64,000 nt of DNA from Synechococcus sp. Lineage in GTDB: Bacteria; Cyanobacteriota; Cyanobacteriia; PCC-6307; Cyanobiaceae. Every line of letters starts with the position of its first letter. The first letter of the stretch is position 1. The position numbers and the translations under genes were made by a program. The DNA is taken from contig JBJBEO010000001.1 of the NCBI GenBank assembly GCA_047284725.1, positions 2,104,203-2,168,202 on the forward strand, given 5' to 3'. The notes under the pieces are model-generated. The model had not been told where the DNA came from. It saw only the letters and a program-made list of their open reading frames with translations, and made no database searches. This document shows positions 11,069 to 22,090 of this stretch, in pieces.

Positions 11069-12268
11069 ATGGCACGCGAGAAGTTCGAAAGGAACAAGCC
11101 CCACGTCAACATCGGCACCATTGGTCACGTTGACCACGGCAAAACCACCCTCACCGCTGCGATCACCAACGTGCTCGCCAAGAAGGGCCAGGCCCAAGTT
11201 CAGAATTATGCCGATATTGACGGTGCTCCTGAGGAGCGCGAGCGCGGCATCACCATCAATACCGCTCACGTCGAGTACGAAACCGACTCACGTCACTACG
11301 CCCACGTCGACTGTCCTGGTCACGCGGACTACGTGAAGAACATGATCACCGGTGCCGCTCAGATGGATGGCGCCATCCTCGTGTGTGCCGCCACCGACGG
11401 CCCCATGGCCCAGACCAAGGAGCACATCCTCTTGGCCAAGCAAGTGGGCGTGCCCGCTTTGGTGGTCGCACTGAACAAGTGCGACATGGTGGATGACGAA
11501 GAGATCATCGAACTGGTGGAGCTAGAGATCCGCGAACTGCTCTCCAGCTACGACTTCCCCGGCGACGACATCCCCGTGGTGCAGGTCTCTGGCCTGAAGG
11601 CCATCGAAGGCGAAGCGGAGTGGGAAGCCAAGATCGAAGAACTGATGGCCGCCGTGGATGCCAACATCCCTGAGCCTGAGCGTGAGATCGACAAGCCTTT
11701 CCTGATGGCTGTCGAGGACGTCTTCTCCATCACCGGTCGTGGCACCGTTGCCACGGGTCGGATTGAGCGTGGTGTCGTCAAAGTCGGCGAAGAGATCGAA
11801 ATCGTCGGCATCAAGGACACCCGCAAAACCACCGTTACCGGTGTGGAAATGTTCCGCAAGCTGCTCGACCAGGGCATGGCTGGCGACAACGTCGGCCTGC
11901 TGCTGCGCGGCATCCAGAAGGAAGACATCGAGCGCGGCATGGTGCTCGTGAAGCCCGGCTCCATCACCCCTCACACCAAGTTCGAGGGTCAGGTGTACGT
12001 GCTCAAGAAGGAAGAAGGTGGCCGCCACACCCCCTTCTTCGCTGGCTACCGCCCGCAGTTCTACATCCGTACAACGGACGTGACTGGCCAGATCACTGCC
12101 TTCACCGCTGAAGACGGCTCCAACGTCGAAATGGTGATGCCTGGTGACAACATCAAGATGACGGGCGAGCTGATCTGCCCCGTCGCCATCGAGCAAGGCA
12201 TGCGCTTCGCCATTCGCGAAGGCGGCCGCACCATCGGTGCTGGCGTGGTGTCCAAGATCATCGAGTGA
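11069..12268 (+). CDS. tuf: Elongation factor Tu
   Basis: [31 protein letters not shown]. Confidence 0.99.
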   Translation: MAREKFERNKPHVNIGTIGHVDHGKTTLTAAITNVLAKKGQAQVQNYADIDGAPEERERGITINTAHVEYETDSRHYAHVDCPGHADYVKNMITGAAQMDGAILVCAATDGPMAQTKEHILLAKQVGVPALVVALNKCDMVDDEEIIELVELEIRELLSSYDFPGDDIPVVQVSGLKAIEGEAEWEAKIEELMAAVDANIPEPEREIDKPFLMAVEDVFSITGRGTVATGRIERGVVKVGEEIEIVGIKDTRKTTVTGVEMFRKLLDQGMAGDNVGLLLRGIQKEDIERGMVLVKPGSITPHTKFEGQVYVLKKEEGGRHTPFFAGYRPQFYIRTTDVTGQITAFTAEDGSNVEMVMPGDNIKMTGELICPVAIEQGMRFAIREGGRTIGAGVVSKIIE

Positions 12269-12288
12269 TCACGGTCGCTTGATGAAGC

Positions 12289-12317
12289 GGATGGGGGGCT
12301 CTCAAGCTCCCCCATCC
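12289..12317 (+). terminator. GC-rich hairpin downstream of tuf (terminator or stabiliser)
   Basis: GGATGGGGGGCT-CTCA-AGCTCCCCCATCC stem. There is no U-tract directly after it. Confidence 0.5.
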
Positions 12318-12416
12318 CCTACAGTTTTGTGGTGCTGCTGAGCAGAGTTCAGCGCACATTTTGAACCTCGACAATTCACCCTTTCTGTCCCTCACCGGAC
12401 ACGTTCTGCGTTTCCT

Positions 12417-12737
12417 ATGTCCACCGCGATTGCTCAGCAGAAGATCCGCATCCGCCTGAAGGCGTTTGATCGCCGCATGCTGGATCTGTCTTGCGACAAA
12501 ATCATTGAAACGGCCGATAACACAGCCGCGACGGCGATCGGTCCGATTCCTCTCCCCACCAAGCGCAAGATCTATTGCGTCCTGCGCTCACCTCACGTGG
12601 ACAAAGATTCCCGCGAGCACTTTGAGACCCGCACCCACCGTCGTCTCATCGATATCTACGGTCCCTCTGCGAAGACGATCGATGCACTGATGAAGCTGGA
12701 TCTTCCCAGTGGTGTTGACATCGAAGTGAAGCTCTGA
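12417..12737 (+). CDS. rpsJ: 30S ribosomal protein S10
   Basis: [10 protein letters not shown]...GPIPLPT...[14 protein letters not shown]. Confidence 0.99.
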   Translation: MSTAIAQQKIRIRLKAFDRRMLDLSCDKIIETADNTAATAIGPIPLPTKRKIYCVLRSPHVDKDSREHFETRTHRRLIDIYGPSAKTIDALMKLDLPSGVDIEVKL

Positions 12738-12794
12738 TCACACCCGTCGATTTGGTCAGCTGCCTAGGATAGTTTTCCTTGATATCGGTTCTGC

Positions 12795-13445
12795 GTGGCT
12801 GACCTGTCCGTCAGAGAGTTGCCCCTCTTTCCTCTGCCGGATGTTGTGCTGTTCCCCAGGGACGTTCTTCCGCTCCACATCTTCGAGTCGCGCTACCGAA
12901 TGATGCTGCAGAGTGTTCTGGAGGATGATCGACGCTTCGGCGTCGTGCGCTGGGATCCTCAAACCCAGTCGATGGCATCGGTTGGCTGTTGCGCAGAAGT
13001 CTTGCAACATCAAACCGCTGACGACGGACGCAGCAATATCGTCACGCTTGGGCAACAGCGCTTCCGGGTGCTGGATGTGGTGCGAGAGACGCCCTATCGC
13101 ACCGCCATGGTGAGCTGGATTGAAGACGAGCCTGTCGATGACCAGACCGGGCTCAGAGAGCTTTCCACCAGTGTTGATCAGGCCTTGCGCGACGTCGTTG
13201 AACTGACGAGCAAATTAACGGGCTCGCCCGGCGCCCTGCCCGACGATCTCCCCGATCTGCCCAGAGAACTGTCGTTCTGGATTGGAGCCCATCTCGGCGG
13301 GCCTGTGGCTGAACAGCAACAGGAACTGCTTGAACTCACAGACACCCAGGAACGTCTGAACCGGGAATTCGCCATGTTGGATGAGACCAGAAGGCAGTTG
13401 GCCGCTCGAACTGTGCTGCGCGACACCCTCGCCAACGTCGACTGA
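12795..13445 (+). CDS. Lon peptidase N-terminal (substrate-binding) domain protein
   Basis: LPLFPLPDVVLFP...LHIFESRYRMM, with no ATPase or protease domain. Confidence 0.9.
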   Translation: MADLSVRELPLFPLPDVVLFPRDVLPLHIFESRYRMMLQSVLEDDRRFGVVRWDPQTQSMASVGCCAEVLQHQTADDGRSNIVTLGQQRFRVLDVVRETPYRTAMVSWIEDEPVDDQTGLRELSTSVDQALRDVVELTSKLTGSPGALPDDLPDLPRELSFWIGAHLGGPVAEQQQELLELTDTQERLNREFAMLDETRRQLAARTVLRDTLANVD

Positions 13446-14395
13446 TGAGCGCCTCCTTGGTTCTGGGGCTGACCATTGGTCTACCCGCCGCTGCCATTGG
13501 CGCAGTGCTGGTGTGGTCGCAACGCAACCGCGCCTATCACTCCAGTGAGAGTGTGGCCGATGCCTATGACGCCTGGACGGAAGACCGCCTGCTGGAAAAC
13601 CTTTGGGGTGAGCATGTCCATTTAGGGCACTACGGAGACCCACCACGAAGGAGAGACTTTCGTGATGCAAAGGCTGACTTTGTGCATGCACTCGTGCATT
13701 GGAGCGGCCTTGACCGACTTCCGAGTGGGTCAAAAGTTCTCGATGTGGGCTGCGGCATCGGTGGTAGTGCACGCATCCTTGCCAAGGACTATGGCTTCGA
13801 TGTGCTGGGAATCAGCATCAGCCCAGCCCAGGTGCAACGCGCCACTGAGCTCACACCGGAGAGCCTCAGCTGCCGCTTCGATGTGATGGATGCCCTTGAT
13901 TTAAAACTGAATGACCAGCAGTTTGATGCGGTCTGGAGTGTCGAGGCAGGGCCCCACATGCCCGACAAGCAGCGTTACGCCGATGAACTTCTGCGTGTGC
14001 TCAAGCCGAGAGGACGCCTGGCGGTGGCCGACTGGAATCGTCGTGATCCCAGCGATGGGGACATGAACCGAACCGAACGTTGGGTGATGCACCAATTGCT
14101 GACGCAATGGGCCCACCCGGAGTTTTCCAGCATCAAGGGATTCCATCACAATCTTGAGGGAAGTCCGCATCAACGTGGGGGCATCGACGTGGACGACTGG
14201 ACCACGGCCACCCTTCCATCCTGGATCGACTCCATCGTCGAAGGCGTCAGGCGTCCAGGCGCTGTGCTGCAACTCGGGCCATCCGCCGTGCTGCAAGGGA
14301 TGCGCGAAACACCGACGCTGCTGCTTATGCATTGGGCCTTTGCCACGGGACTCATGCAGTTCGGGGTGTTTCGCACCAGCCAGCCATCGACCTGA
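13445..14395 (+). CDS. SAM-dependent methyltransferase, cyanobacterial MPBQ/MSBQ (sterol-MT-like) type
   Basis: N-terminal TM segment, WGEHVHLGHY, VLDVGCGIGG and WSVEAGPHMPDK. Confidence 0.85.
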   Translation: MSASLVLGLTIGLPAAAIGAVLVWSQRNRAYHSSESVADAYDAWTEDRLLENLWGEHVHLGHYGDPPRRRDFRDAKADFVHALVHWSGLDRLPSGSKVLDVGCGIGGSARILAKDYGFDVLGISISPAQVQRATELTPESLSCRFDVMDALDLKLNDQQFDAVWSVEAGPHMPDKQRYADELLRVLKPRGRLAVADWNRRDPSDGDMNRTERWVMHQLLTQWAHPEFSSIKGFHHNLEGSPHQRGGIDVDDWTTATLPSWIDSIVEGVRRPGAVLQLGPSAVLQGMRETPTLLLMHWAFATGLMQFGVFRTSQPST

Positions 14396-14419
14396 TCCCA
14401 CCCACTGCTACCCGCAGTC

Positions 14420-15004
14420 GTGATGTCCGCCGCAGAGATGACCGCAGCAGAAGAATCCGATCGGCACGTTGATCCGTGCTCTGACCCCTGCCGTGGGGAG
14501 CTCATTGTGACTTGGCATCAATACCATCGGCTGATTGAGCACTTGGCTCTGCAGTTGCACCACAACGGCCACGCATTCGACCAGATCGTGGCCCTCTCTC
14601 GAGGCGGGCTGAGGGTTGGGGACACACTCTCACGCCTGTTTCAGCGACCACTGGTGGTGATGGCCGCCAGCAGTTACAGCGACTCCTCTCAGCGCGATCA
14701 GGGAGAACTGAGGTTGGGGCAGCAACTGGCCCACACCTGTGACAATCTTGGGCCCAGGGTGCTGCTGGTGGACGACCTCGCCGACAGCGGGGCCACCCTT
14801 GCAGCCTCACAACGCTGGCTATACGAGCTGCCCGGCATCACGACCGTGCAGACAGCCGTGCTCTGGCTCAAAGCCTGCAGCAGCATCAAACCAACACTGT
14901 GGGCCATGGAGCTACCTGGCAATCCATGGGTCGTCCAACCCTTTGAACGCTGGGAGCAGCTTCAACCGGAGAACCTGACACCCTGGTCAGTCCCCCAGGA
15001 GTGA
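14420..15004 (+). CDS. Type I phosphoribosyltransferase, Gpt-like (purine salvage)
   Basis: IVTW, VALSRGGL, PRPP loop LLVDDLADSGATL and C-terminal WVVQPFE. Confidence 0.8.
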   Translation: MMSAAEMTAAEESDRHVDPCSDPCRGELIVTWHQYHRLIEHLALQLHHNGHAFDQIVALSRGGLRVGDTLSRLFQRPLVVMAASSYSDSSQRDQGELRLGQQLAHTCDNLGPRVLLVDDLADSGATLAASQRWLYELPGITTVQTAVLWLKACSSIKPTLWAMELPGNPWVVQPFERWEQLQPENLTPWSVPQE

Positions 15005-15008
15005 ACGA

Positions 15009-15860
15009 TCAGGGTGCGCATTCGTCCTCGGGAAGCTCACTGCTTGGATAAGCCCCGAACTGAGCGAGGTGTTCACACAAAGGAGCAAGCCGTTCTGTCA
15101 GCCGCTGCAGCTGAGTTCCACCGCCGCCTGGCAATTCCACATCCACAAAAAACACGTATTCCCCCAGCTCCCGTTTCGAAGGACGCGATTCAATCCGACT
15201 CATGTTCAAGCCCAGGTCGGCCACAGCAGCGAGAGCCTCCAGCAGAGCCCCCGGGGCATTGCGATGCAAGGAAAAGGCGAGGCTGGCCACATCTCCCTCC
15301 GACCGTCGTTCGCCGCGTTGAAGGCACAGAAAGCGAGTGCAGTTTCCAGCTGCATCGTTGATGGGATAGGCAAGCTGCTGCAGATCACCCTGCTGGAGTG
15401 CCCGACTGGCGATCGCAGCACGGAAACGGCTGCCCTTCACCATGCGGGCCGCCTCGGCTGTTGAGGTGGTTGCCAGCTGCAAGGCGTTGGGAAGATGGCG
15501 GGATAACCAACCGCTGCACTGGGCCAGCGCCTGGGGATGCGACAGCACTTCAGAGATCTCCTCAAGAGGTCCTGAGCTCAGTAACGCATGGCGGATTGGC
15601 AGCACGAGCGCGCGACGGATGCAGAGCTCAGGATTCGACCAGAGCGCATCCAGGCTTGCGGTGACCCCTCCCTCCACAGAGTTCTCCACGGGCACCACGG
15701 CTGCCTCACAACGACCGTCCGCCACATGCTCCACCACTGAACGCAGACCCACGCAGGGCACGAATGTCGCGTCTCCATGGCCCTCAAGCTGGATCAATGC
15801 CCTGGCAGCCTTTTCGCCATAGGTGCCCTCAGGACCAAGAAAGGCCACGGAAATCGGCAT
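15009..15860 (-). CDS. pheA: Prephenate dehydratase
   Basis: VAFLGPEGTY, VPVENSVEG, SHPQALAQC, N.TRF, ACT domain with IESRPSK. Confidence 0.95.
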   Translation of the reverse strand: MPISVAFLGPEGTYGEKAARALIQLEGHGDATFVPCVGLRSVVEHVADGRCEAAVVPVENSVEGGVTASLDALWSNPELCIRRALVLPIRHALLSSGPLEEISEVLSHPQALAQCSGWLSRHLPNALQLATTSTAEAARMVKGSRFRAAIASRALQQGDLQQLAYPINDAAGNCTRFLCLQRGERRSEGDVASLAFSLHRNAPGALLEALAAVADLGLNMSRIESRPSKRELGEYVFFVDVELPGGGGTQLQRLTERLAPLCEHLAQFGAYPSSELPEDECAP

Positions 15861-15910
15861 CGGTCGGCGACCAAACACTCGATAAGATCATGGCGCGTCA
15901 ACAAACGCCC

Positions 15911-16459
15911 ATGCCTCTGGCCTTCAGCGCCAGCCAGCAACTGGATCTGCCGGTGCAGACCGACATCGATCGGCTGCCTGCCTATCTGCATGAGCAAGAC
16001 CGTGTCGTGAAGGCACTGCTCGACTCTGATCAGCTGACCCTGATCGAACCCGGTCACTACCGCTACACCGTGACCACGATTCAGGTGTTTCAGCTCCAGG
16101 TCAAACCTGTCGTGTCACTGAACGTGAGGCTGGAAGGTCAAACCCTGATCATGCGAGCGATTGATGCCCAGCTCGAAGGGCTCGGCATGGTGGATGATTT
16201 TGAACTGACGCTGGAGTCGGTCCTGGAAGCCAGCAACACCGGCCTGAAGGGACTGGCCACCCTCGGCGTTCAGGTGAGCCAACCACCCTTGCTGCGACTG
16301 ATCCCGCGCAAAGTGCTCGAAAGCACTGGCGAATCAATCCTCAACGGCATCCTGCTGACCATCAAAGGTCGCGTCGGCCGCCAATTGGTGGGAGATTTCC
16401 AGCAATGGTGCGATGGGTCTCAGACCAGCCCTCAAAACGGTGAAGCCAAGGCCTGCTGA
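15911..16459 (+). CDS. DUF1997-family protein
   Basis: MPLAFSASQ...[24 protein letters not shown], and its position between pheA and rnhB. Alternative start 15890. Confidence 0.75.
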   Translation: MPLAFSASQQLDLPVQTDIDRLPAYLHEQDRVVKALLDSDQLTLIEPGHYRYTVTTIQVFQLQVKPVVSLNVRLEGQTLIMRAIDAQLEGLGMVDDFELTLESVLEASNTGLKGLATLGVQVSQPPLLRLIPRKVLESTGESILNGILLTIKGRVGRQLVGDFQQWCDGSQTSPQNGEAKAC

Positions 16460-17064
16460 GGCAACACCTTTTTCAGGAAGGAGCGCCGATGCAAACGCGT
16501 GGGTCCATGCGTGAGCAAGGCCTGGCGGTGAATCGCTGTGCCATAACCGGCATGCCGCTCAAGCCCGTAATCAGGAAACTGCTGCGCGAGGCGGCGAATG
16601 AGAGCATCTCGCGCTTCCTTCGCCAGCACACTGGCGGCAGCAATGGCAGCACTGCTGCTGTCGCCCCGCACAATCGTCTCCTGGGGATGGGGCCACAAAC
16701 GCAGAGGAAGAACCCCGTCCACCAACAGCAGATCCGGTCTGGATGGCAAGCGCTGCAACGCCCTCAACATGGCGAACTCGGTGGCACATCTGATGCCATG
16801 ACCATCGACTTCTCTGGCGGAGGCTTGGCCCAGCGCCCAGGCCTCCGCAGCTTGCTCAATCAACGGCACCAACCGGGCCCGACGCCTGGGTGTCAGCGCT
16901 TTGCTGTCGGTGAGGCCCTCCTGACGCAGAGCGCATGCAGCGTCATCGGAAAGCACCACCACGCCGGCGAAGACGGGTCCAAACCAGCAGCCGCGACCCA
17001 CCTCATCAATTCCGGCCTGCAGAAAGTGCTGCCCTCCTTCAACAACCGCCTGCTGCTGTGCCAA
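16432..17064 (-). CDS. rnhB: Ribonuclease HII
   Basis: [40 protein letters not shown]. Start uncertain. Confidence 0.95.
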   Translation of the reverse strand: MAQQQAVVEGGQHFLQAGIDEVGRGCWFGPVFAGVVVLSDDAACALRQEGLTDSKALTPRRRARLVPLIEQAAEAWALGQASAREVDGHGIRCATEFAMLRALQRLPSRPDLLLVDGVLPLRLWPHPQETIVRGDSSSAAIAAASVLAKEARDALIRRLAQQFPDYGLERHAGYGTAIHRQALLTHGPTRLHRRSFLKKVLPQQALASPF

Positions 17065-17076
17065 GGCGATGCGGCA

Positions 17077-19020
17077 CTAGTCGGCGACGGCCGCTGAAGA
17101 ACGGCGACGGCGACGGCGTGGTTCCTGATCGTTGTCGACGGCTTCCGCTTCGGAGGCAACAGGGGTCGAGGCAGGCACAGAGCCTGTCTCCGCGGATGCG
17201 GCCGTCTCTACAGCGGGCAAGGTGGCTTCCAACGGCGTGATCTCCACAAGCAGCGGAGTCGAGGCGCTGTCGGACTCAGCCGATGAAGGCTTCGTGCTGG
17301 TCTCGACCGAAGCATTGCCTCTCGCCGCACCCCGACCGCCACCACGTCCACCGCGGCGGCGGCGGCGGTTGGAGCTGGCAGCCAACTGATGACGCGCTTC
17401 CTCGAGCACCGCTTCCTCGTTGTCGCCAGGACGCACCACTCGCACCATCAAGTTGTCGGCTTCCGGAGGCGTGTCGAGAAGCAAAGCAGGGCTGAGGCCA
17501 AGCCAACCGAACACGTGCTCCTGCTCGTCGGTCATCGGCACCGCAACCAGTTCAGGCTCTTGACGGCGGTTAGAGGCTTCGGCAGAAGCGACGGCTGCTG
17601 AAACATCCGTCTGGTCAGCGGTCGTGACCGAAAGGTCGCTCGACTCATCGTGGGTGGAAGCGGCACCAGCGGCAGGCCGTGAGCGACCACCGCCACGGCG
17701 GCGGCGGCCTCCTGCTTCACCGGGAACAGCCACTTCAGCCCGAGCCGAGGCAGCAGAACGCACAAGACCGGTGGCCATCGCCAGGGGTTGAAGCTGGTCC
17801 TGACCCGGCAGAACGGCCACATGTCCCATGCCTACACAACTGGGACAGGCCCGGCCGAACAACTCGTAGATGTTTTGACCTTGTCGCTTGCGGGTGAGCT
17901 CCACCAGCCCGAGTTCCGACAGCTGGGCAATCTGGGGGCGGGCCGCGTCATCACGGATGGCTGCAGTGAAGTGCTCCAGCAGCTGCAGCTGGTCGCGGCG
18001 GGAGTCCATGTCGATGAAGTCGACAATGATGACGCCGCCGATGTTGCGAAGCTTGAGCTGACGGGCAATCTCAACGGCCGCCTCACAGTTGGTCCAGAGG
18101 ACTGTTTCGCGGGCATTCGCCGATCGCGTGAACGAGCCGGAGTTCACATCGATCACCGTCAGCGCCTCGGTGGGCTCAATGATCACGTACCCACCGGAAG
18201 GCAAATCAACGCGTGGCTTGAGGGCATCCCGTATGGCCGCATTGACCTTGAAATGCTCCAACAACTCCGAAGGTTCGCTGTAGGCCTCAACCAGCACATG
18301 GCTGTCGCCTTGACCGAGAAAGCTGTGCACCCTGTCAACGGCGGCGTAATCATCCACCACCACGCGCATCAGCTCTGGGCCGGCCTGGTCTCGGAGGATG
18401 CGGTGAATGAAGTCTTCATCCCGGTTGAGCAGCACGGGGGGCACCGCCGCATCAGCCGCCTTCTGAATCGCCTCCCACTGGCGTAACAGGCCCTCGAGAT
18501 CATCGATCAGGAGATCTTCACTCACCCCTTCCGCTTCGGTGCGGATGAGCAGACCAGCGCCGGGCGGTTTCACCAGTACGCCAAGGGCCCTGAGGCGATT
18601 GCGCTCGCCTTCAGCCGAGATCCGACGTGAGATGTTCACGCCTTGACCACTGGGCTGAAGCACCAGGTAACGCCCGGGTAAAGCCAGATTGCCTGTCAAG
18701 CGCGGGCCCTTTGTGCCGGTGGGCTCCTTCATCACTTGCACCAGCACCTTCTGGCGTGGTTCCAGCAACTCGGTGATGCCTGCTGACCCTTTTTTCAGGC
18801 GGAGCGGACCGAGGTCCGTGACATGAATAAACCCATTTTTTTCACTTTCGCCGATGTTGACGAATGCGGCATCAATGCCTGGCAGCACGTTTTCCACCGT
18901 GCCGAGATAAACGTCGCCGATCTGGTAGCGGCCCTGGGCCACGATCAGTTCATCAACCCGTTCATCAGAGAGCACCGCTGCGATGCGCAGCTGCTCGGCG
19001 ATGACGATCTGCTTGGGCAT
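17077..19020 (-). CDS. rne: Ribonuclease E
   Basis: S1 domain, KEPTGTKGPRLT, VIDVNSG, DFIDM, CPSC Zn-link, Arg-rich disordered C-terminus ending RRRRRRSSA. Confidence 0.97.
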   Translation of the reverse strand: MPKQIVIAEQLRIAAVLSDERVDELIVAQGRYQIGDVYLGTVENVLPGIDAAFVNIGESEKNGFIHVTDLGPLRLKKGSAGITELLEPRQKVLVQVMKEPTGTKGPRLTGNLALPGRYLVLQPSGQGVNISRRISAEGERNRLRALGVLVKPPGAGLLIRTEAEGVSEDLLIDDLEGLLRQWEAIQKAADAAVPPVLLNRDEDFIHRILRDQAGPELMRVVVDDYAAVDRVHSFLGQGDSHVLVEAYSEPSELLEHFKVNAAIRDALKPRVDLPSGGYVIIEPTEALTVIDVNSGSFTRSANARETVLWTNCEAAVEIARQLKLRNIGGVIIVDFIDMDSRRDQLQLLEHFTAAIRDDAARPQIAQLSELGLVELTRKRQGQNIYELFGRACPSCVGMGHVAVLPGQDQLQPLAMATGLVRSAASARAEVAVPGEAGGRRRRGGGRSRPAAGAASTHDESSDLSVTTADQTDVSAAVASAEASNRRQEPELVAVPMTDEQEHVFGWLGLSPALLLDTPPEADNLMVRVVRPGDNEEAVLEEARHQLAASSNRRRRRGGRGGGRGAARGNASVETSTKPSSAESDSASTPLLVEITPLEATLPAVETAASAETGSVPASTPVASEAEAVDNDQEPRRRRRRSSAAVAD

Positions 19021-19266
19021 GGAAACGTGCGGGGTTCGTCTCTATGGACATAAAACCGATCAACAGGCCGCTGGCCTAGCGATCGGGGAAACATGATTGG
19101 GGCCGAAGCCTTGGAATAGAGCGGAGATGGAACTCCTCTGATAACACTCGGGACCGGCGCTGACGGCCGGGAGCCGGAGGCATGTGGCCTCTCGTTCCTC
19201 AGGATCTGGGAGTGAAAGGTCGGGACGCGGTGGTGGCACTAGTGCCCAAAACCATTCGTCTTGAAT

Positions 19267-21993
19267 TCAATTTAGCACTGGCGCATTGGCATCCTCCAGC
19301 AACAGGGCGCGGCGCTGCACCTGCTCCAACCGCAACTCCGTTCCCATCTGTTCACTGAGCCAGTGCTGAATCTGCGTCGGTTTCAGACTCCGCCCCATGG
19401 CATCGATGGCAGCGTGGAGCCTCAACGCAACGCCGCCATTCGACACAGAGCTTTCTTCAGCACGCTCACTGCTTCTGCGCCCTGCTGGACCGAACGGATT
19501 GCGATCCATGGGCTTGAGATCAAGCAAAAAGGGCTTGCAATCGCGCTGACGGGGCCGCCCTTTTTTGTCGGTGTCATTCCAGATCAACTGGTCTCCAGCC
19601 AGCAGAGCCCTGCACCCTTTAACGACATCAGCAGCAAAATCCTCCGGCGACGCTGACTCTGAATCCGCTGCAGGATGCAAGCTGAACTGCCAGTGCGCCG
19701 ATGCAAGCCGTTGCGACAGACTGGGATCGGAGACAGGCACGGCGTGGGCCGAGAGCAGACGGAAACCGGGCGGCAGTGTCTCCTGCCACTGCTGCATCAC
19801 CTGCTCGGGCTTAACCTCCTCGAGAAATTCCAGATCCATCCATTCGCCATGGGCTTCCACACCGAGGGGCAGGGCCAACGCCAGCTGCAGGCGCGGCAGC
19901 GGATGGAAGCCCCCGGTGAAGCTCACCGGCAGGCCGGTTCGGCGAAGGGCACGCTCCAGCATGCGCACCACATCAAGGTGGCTTAGCAACGCCATGGCCC
20001 CGGTTTTGCTGAACTGAAAGCGCAGCCTGCACACCCGTTCACTGGGGGGTGTCTGAGCGGGCACCTGAGTTGGGATCGGCGGCGGGGGCACTACGACGTT
20101 GTGACCCAGATCGGGGCCACACACTCCGCAGCTGCTGCAGCCATCAAACGAACAATCCGGCACCACGGCCGCCGCCAGCGCCCGCTGCAGATCTTCCGCC
20201 AACCAGGTTTTGTCGATGCCCGTGTCGATGTGATCCCAGGGAAGGGGCTGAGCACAGAACTGGCCCAAATCCTCCGGAGTCAAAGCATTGGCAGCGCCCC
20301 AGCCACCGAGCTCCAGCTCGCGGTAACGCCCCTCCAGGCCCGCAGCACTGATCGCATCGGTCCAGGCGGTGTAGGTGCGATCGAGCGCCTCAAACCAGGC
20401 GTCCATCCCCGCTCCAGCGCGCCAGGCAGCCTCGATCACAGAGGCCAGACGGCGATCACTCCGCCCGACGAAATCCTCCATCGCCGACAGCCGCACGTCG
20501 GTGAAGTTGAAACGCATGCCGCGAAAACGACGCGTGGCCTCACGAAGCAAGCCCTGACGGCGGATCAATTCCGCCGTCGACACGCTGTGCCATTGGAAGG
20601 GTGTGTGGGGCTTGGGCGTGAAATTGCTGATCGTGATGTTGAGCGCCAACCGCCCAAGGTCACGACAGCGTTGCTGCAACATCACGCAGGTATCGACGAT
20701 GCCGAGCACATCGGCGTCGGTCTCGCCTGGCAGGCCGATCATGAAGTAGAGCTTCACCTTGCGGTAACCGTTCTGCATCGCGGTGCGGATGCCGTTGAGC
20801 AGGTCGTCGTCGGTGAGGCCCTTGTTGACGATGTCGCGCAGGCGCTGGGTGCCAGCTTCAGGCGCAAACGTAAGGCCGGCCTGACGGCCACCGCCAAGGA
20901 TGTGGGCGATGTCATCGTCGAAACGGTCCACCCGCTGGCTGGGAAGTTGCAGGGTCACGTTCTGGGCGGCCAGACGATTGCGCAGCTCTACACCCACCGC
21001 CGGAAGGGCCAGATAGTCGCTGCAGCTGAGGGAAAGTAGTGAAAAGTCGCTGTACCCGGTTTGCTGCATACCGGTCTCGACCGCCTCGATCACAGCCTCC
21101 GGTTCAACATCTCGAGCGGGCCGGGTGAGCATCCCCGGCTGACAGAAACGGCAGCCACGGGTACAGCCCCGTCGGATCTCCACCGTGAGCCGGTCGTGCA
21201 CCGTTTCAACGTGGGGCACCAGTCCCATGGCGTAGTGGGGCATGGGGGTGGCGACGCGCCGAAGGGGACGAGCTGGCAGCTCTGGATGCAACGGCTCCAC
21301 CGTGACGCCATCCGCCCCAGGCGCGTACAGAGAAGGGACGTACACGCCCGGCACCTGAGCCAGGTCGCGCAGCAGACGTGAACGCAACCAACCGGCGGCC
21401 TTGGCCTCCCCCACCACCAGACCGATCTCCGGCAGCAGCTCTTCCCCATCCCCAAGGGCAATGAAATCGAAGAAAGCCGCGTAGGGCTCGGGGTTGCTGG
21501 TGGCCGTTGGTCCACCGGCAAAAATCAGCGGTGGTGCAGAGGGATCGCCTAGTGGGAAATCGCCTCGATCGGCAGCGCGCAGGGGCACCGCTGCCAGGTC
21601 CAGCATCTCGAGAATGTTGGTGGCGCCGAGCTCATAACTGAGGCTGAAGCCGAGGATGTCGAAAGCAGGCAATGGACGGCGGCTTTCAACCGCAAACAGC
21701 GGTTGCTGCAGATCCCTCAAACGTGACGCCAGATCTTCAGCCGGCAGATAGGCCCGATCACAAAGCTGACCGGGAACTGCGTTGAGAATTGAATAGAGAA
21801 TGATGTGCCCCAGATTGCTGGAACCCACCTCGTAGATCTCGGGATAGGTGAGGGCCCAGCGCACGCGGGCGGCCGACCAATCACGGGGCTCCACCCCCAG
21901 TTCGTGGCCCATGTAACGGGCAGGTCGATTGATGCTGGCATTCACCAGGCTGTCGAAATCAACCGGCTCGAGACTCGGGGACGCGACGGTCAT
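19267..21993 (-). CDS. B12-binding-like radical SAM protein (TIGR03960-type) fused to a TIGR03936/DUF2344-type domain
   Basis: [46 protein letters not shown], then LSHLD...FTGGFHP. ATG at 21993 preferred. Confidence 0.85.
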   Translation of the reverse strand: MTVASPSLEPVDFDSLVNASINRPARYMGHELGVEPRDWSAARVRWALTYPEIYEVGSSNLGHIILYSILNAVPGQLCDRAYLPAEDLASRLRDLQQPLFAVESRRPLPAFDILGFSLSYELGATNILEMLDLAAVPLRAADRGDFPLGDPSAPPLIFAGGPTATSNPEPYAAFFDFIALGDGEELLPEIGLVVGEAKAAGWLRSRLLRDLAQVPGVYVPSLYAPGADGVTVEPLHPELPARPLRRVATPMPHYAMGLVPHVETVHDRLTVEIRRGCTRGCRFCQPGMLTRPARDVEPEAVIEAVETGMQQTGYSDFSLLSLSCSDYLALPAVGVELRNRLAAQNVTLQLPSQRVDRFDDDIAHILGGGRQAGLTFAPEAGTQRLRDIVNKGLTDDDLLNGIRTAMQNGYRKVKLYFMIGLPGETDADVLGIVDTCVMLQQRCRDLGRLALNITISNFTPKPHTPFQWHSVSTAELIRRQGLLREATRRFRGMRFNFTDVRLSAMEDFVGRSDRRLASVIEAAWRAGAGMDAWFEALDRTYTAWTDAISAAGLEGRYRELELGGWGAANALTPEDLGQFCAQPLPWDHIDTGIDKTWLAEDLQRALAAAVVPDCSFDGCSSCGVCGPDLGHNVVVPPPPIPTQVPAQTPPSERVCRLRFQFSKTGAMALLSHLDVVRMLERALRRTGLPVSFTGGFHPLPRLQLALALPLGVEAHGEWMDLEFLEEVKPEQVMQQWQETLPPGFRLLSAHAVPVSDPSLSQRLASAHWQFSLHPAADSESASPEDFAADVVKGCRALLAGDQLIWNDTDKKGRPRQRDCKPFLLDLKPMDRNPFGPAGRRSSERAEESSVSNGGVALRLHAAIDAMGRSLKPTQIQHWLSEQMGTELRLEQVQRRALLLEDANAPVLN

Positions 21994-22090
21994 GGCCAGC
22001 AGGGCAGTGATTCCATCGTATGGATCGAGCGTGAGCCGACGCTGCGTCGCGTCGCGTAGCAGGATGCCGGGCAAGACATCCTTCTCTTCC

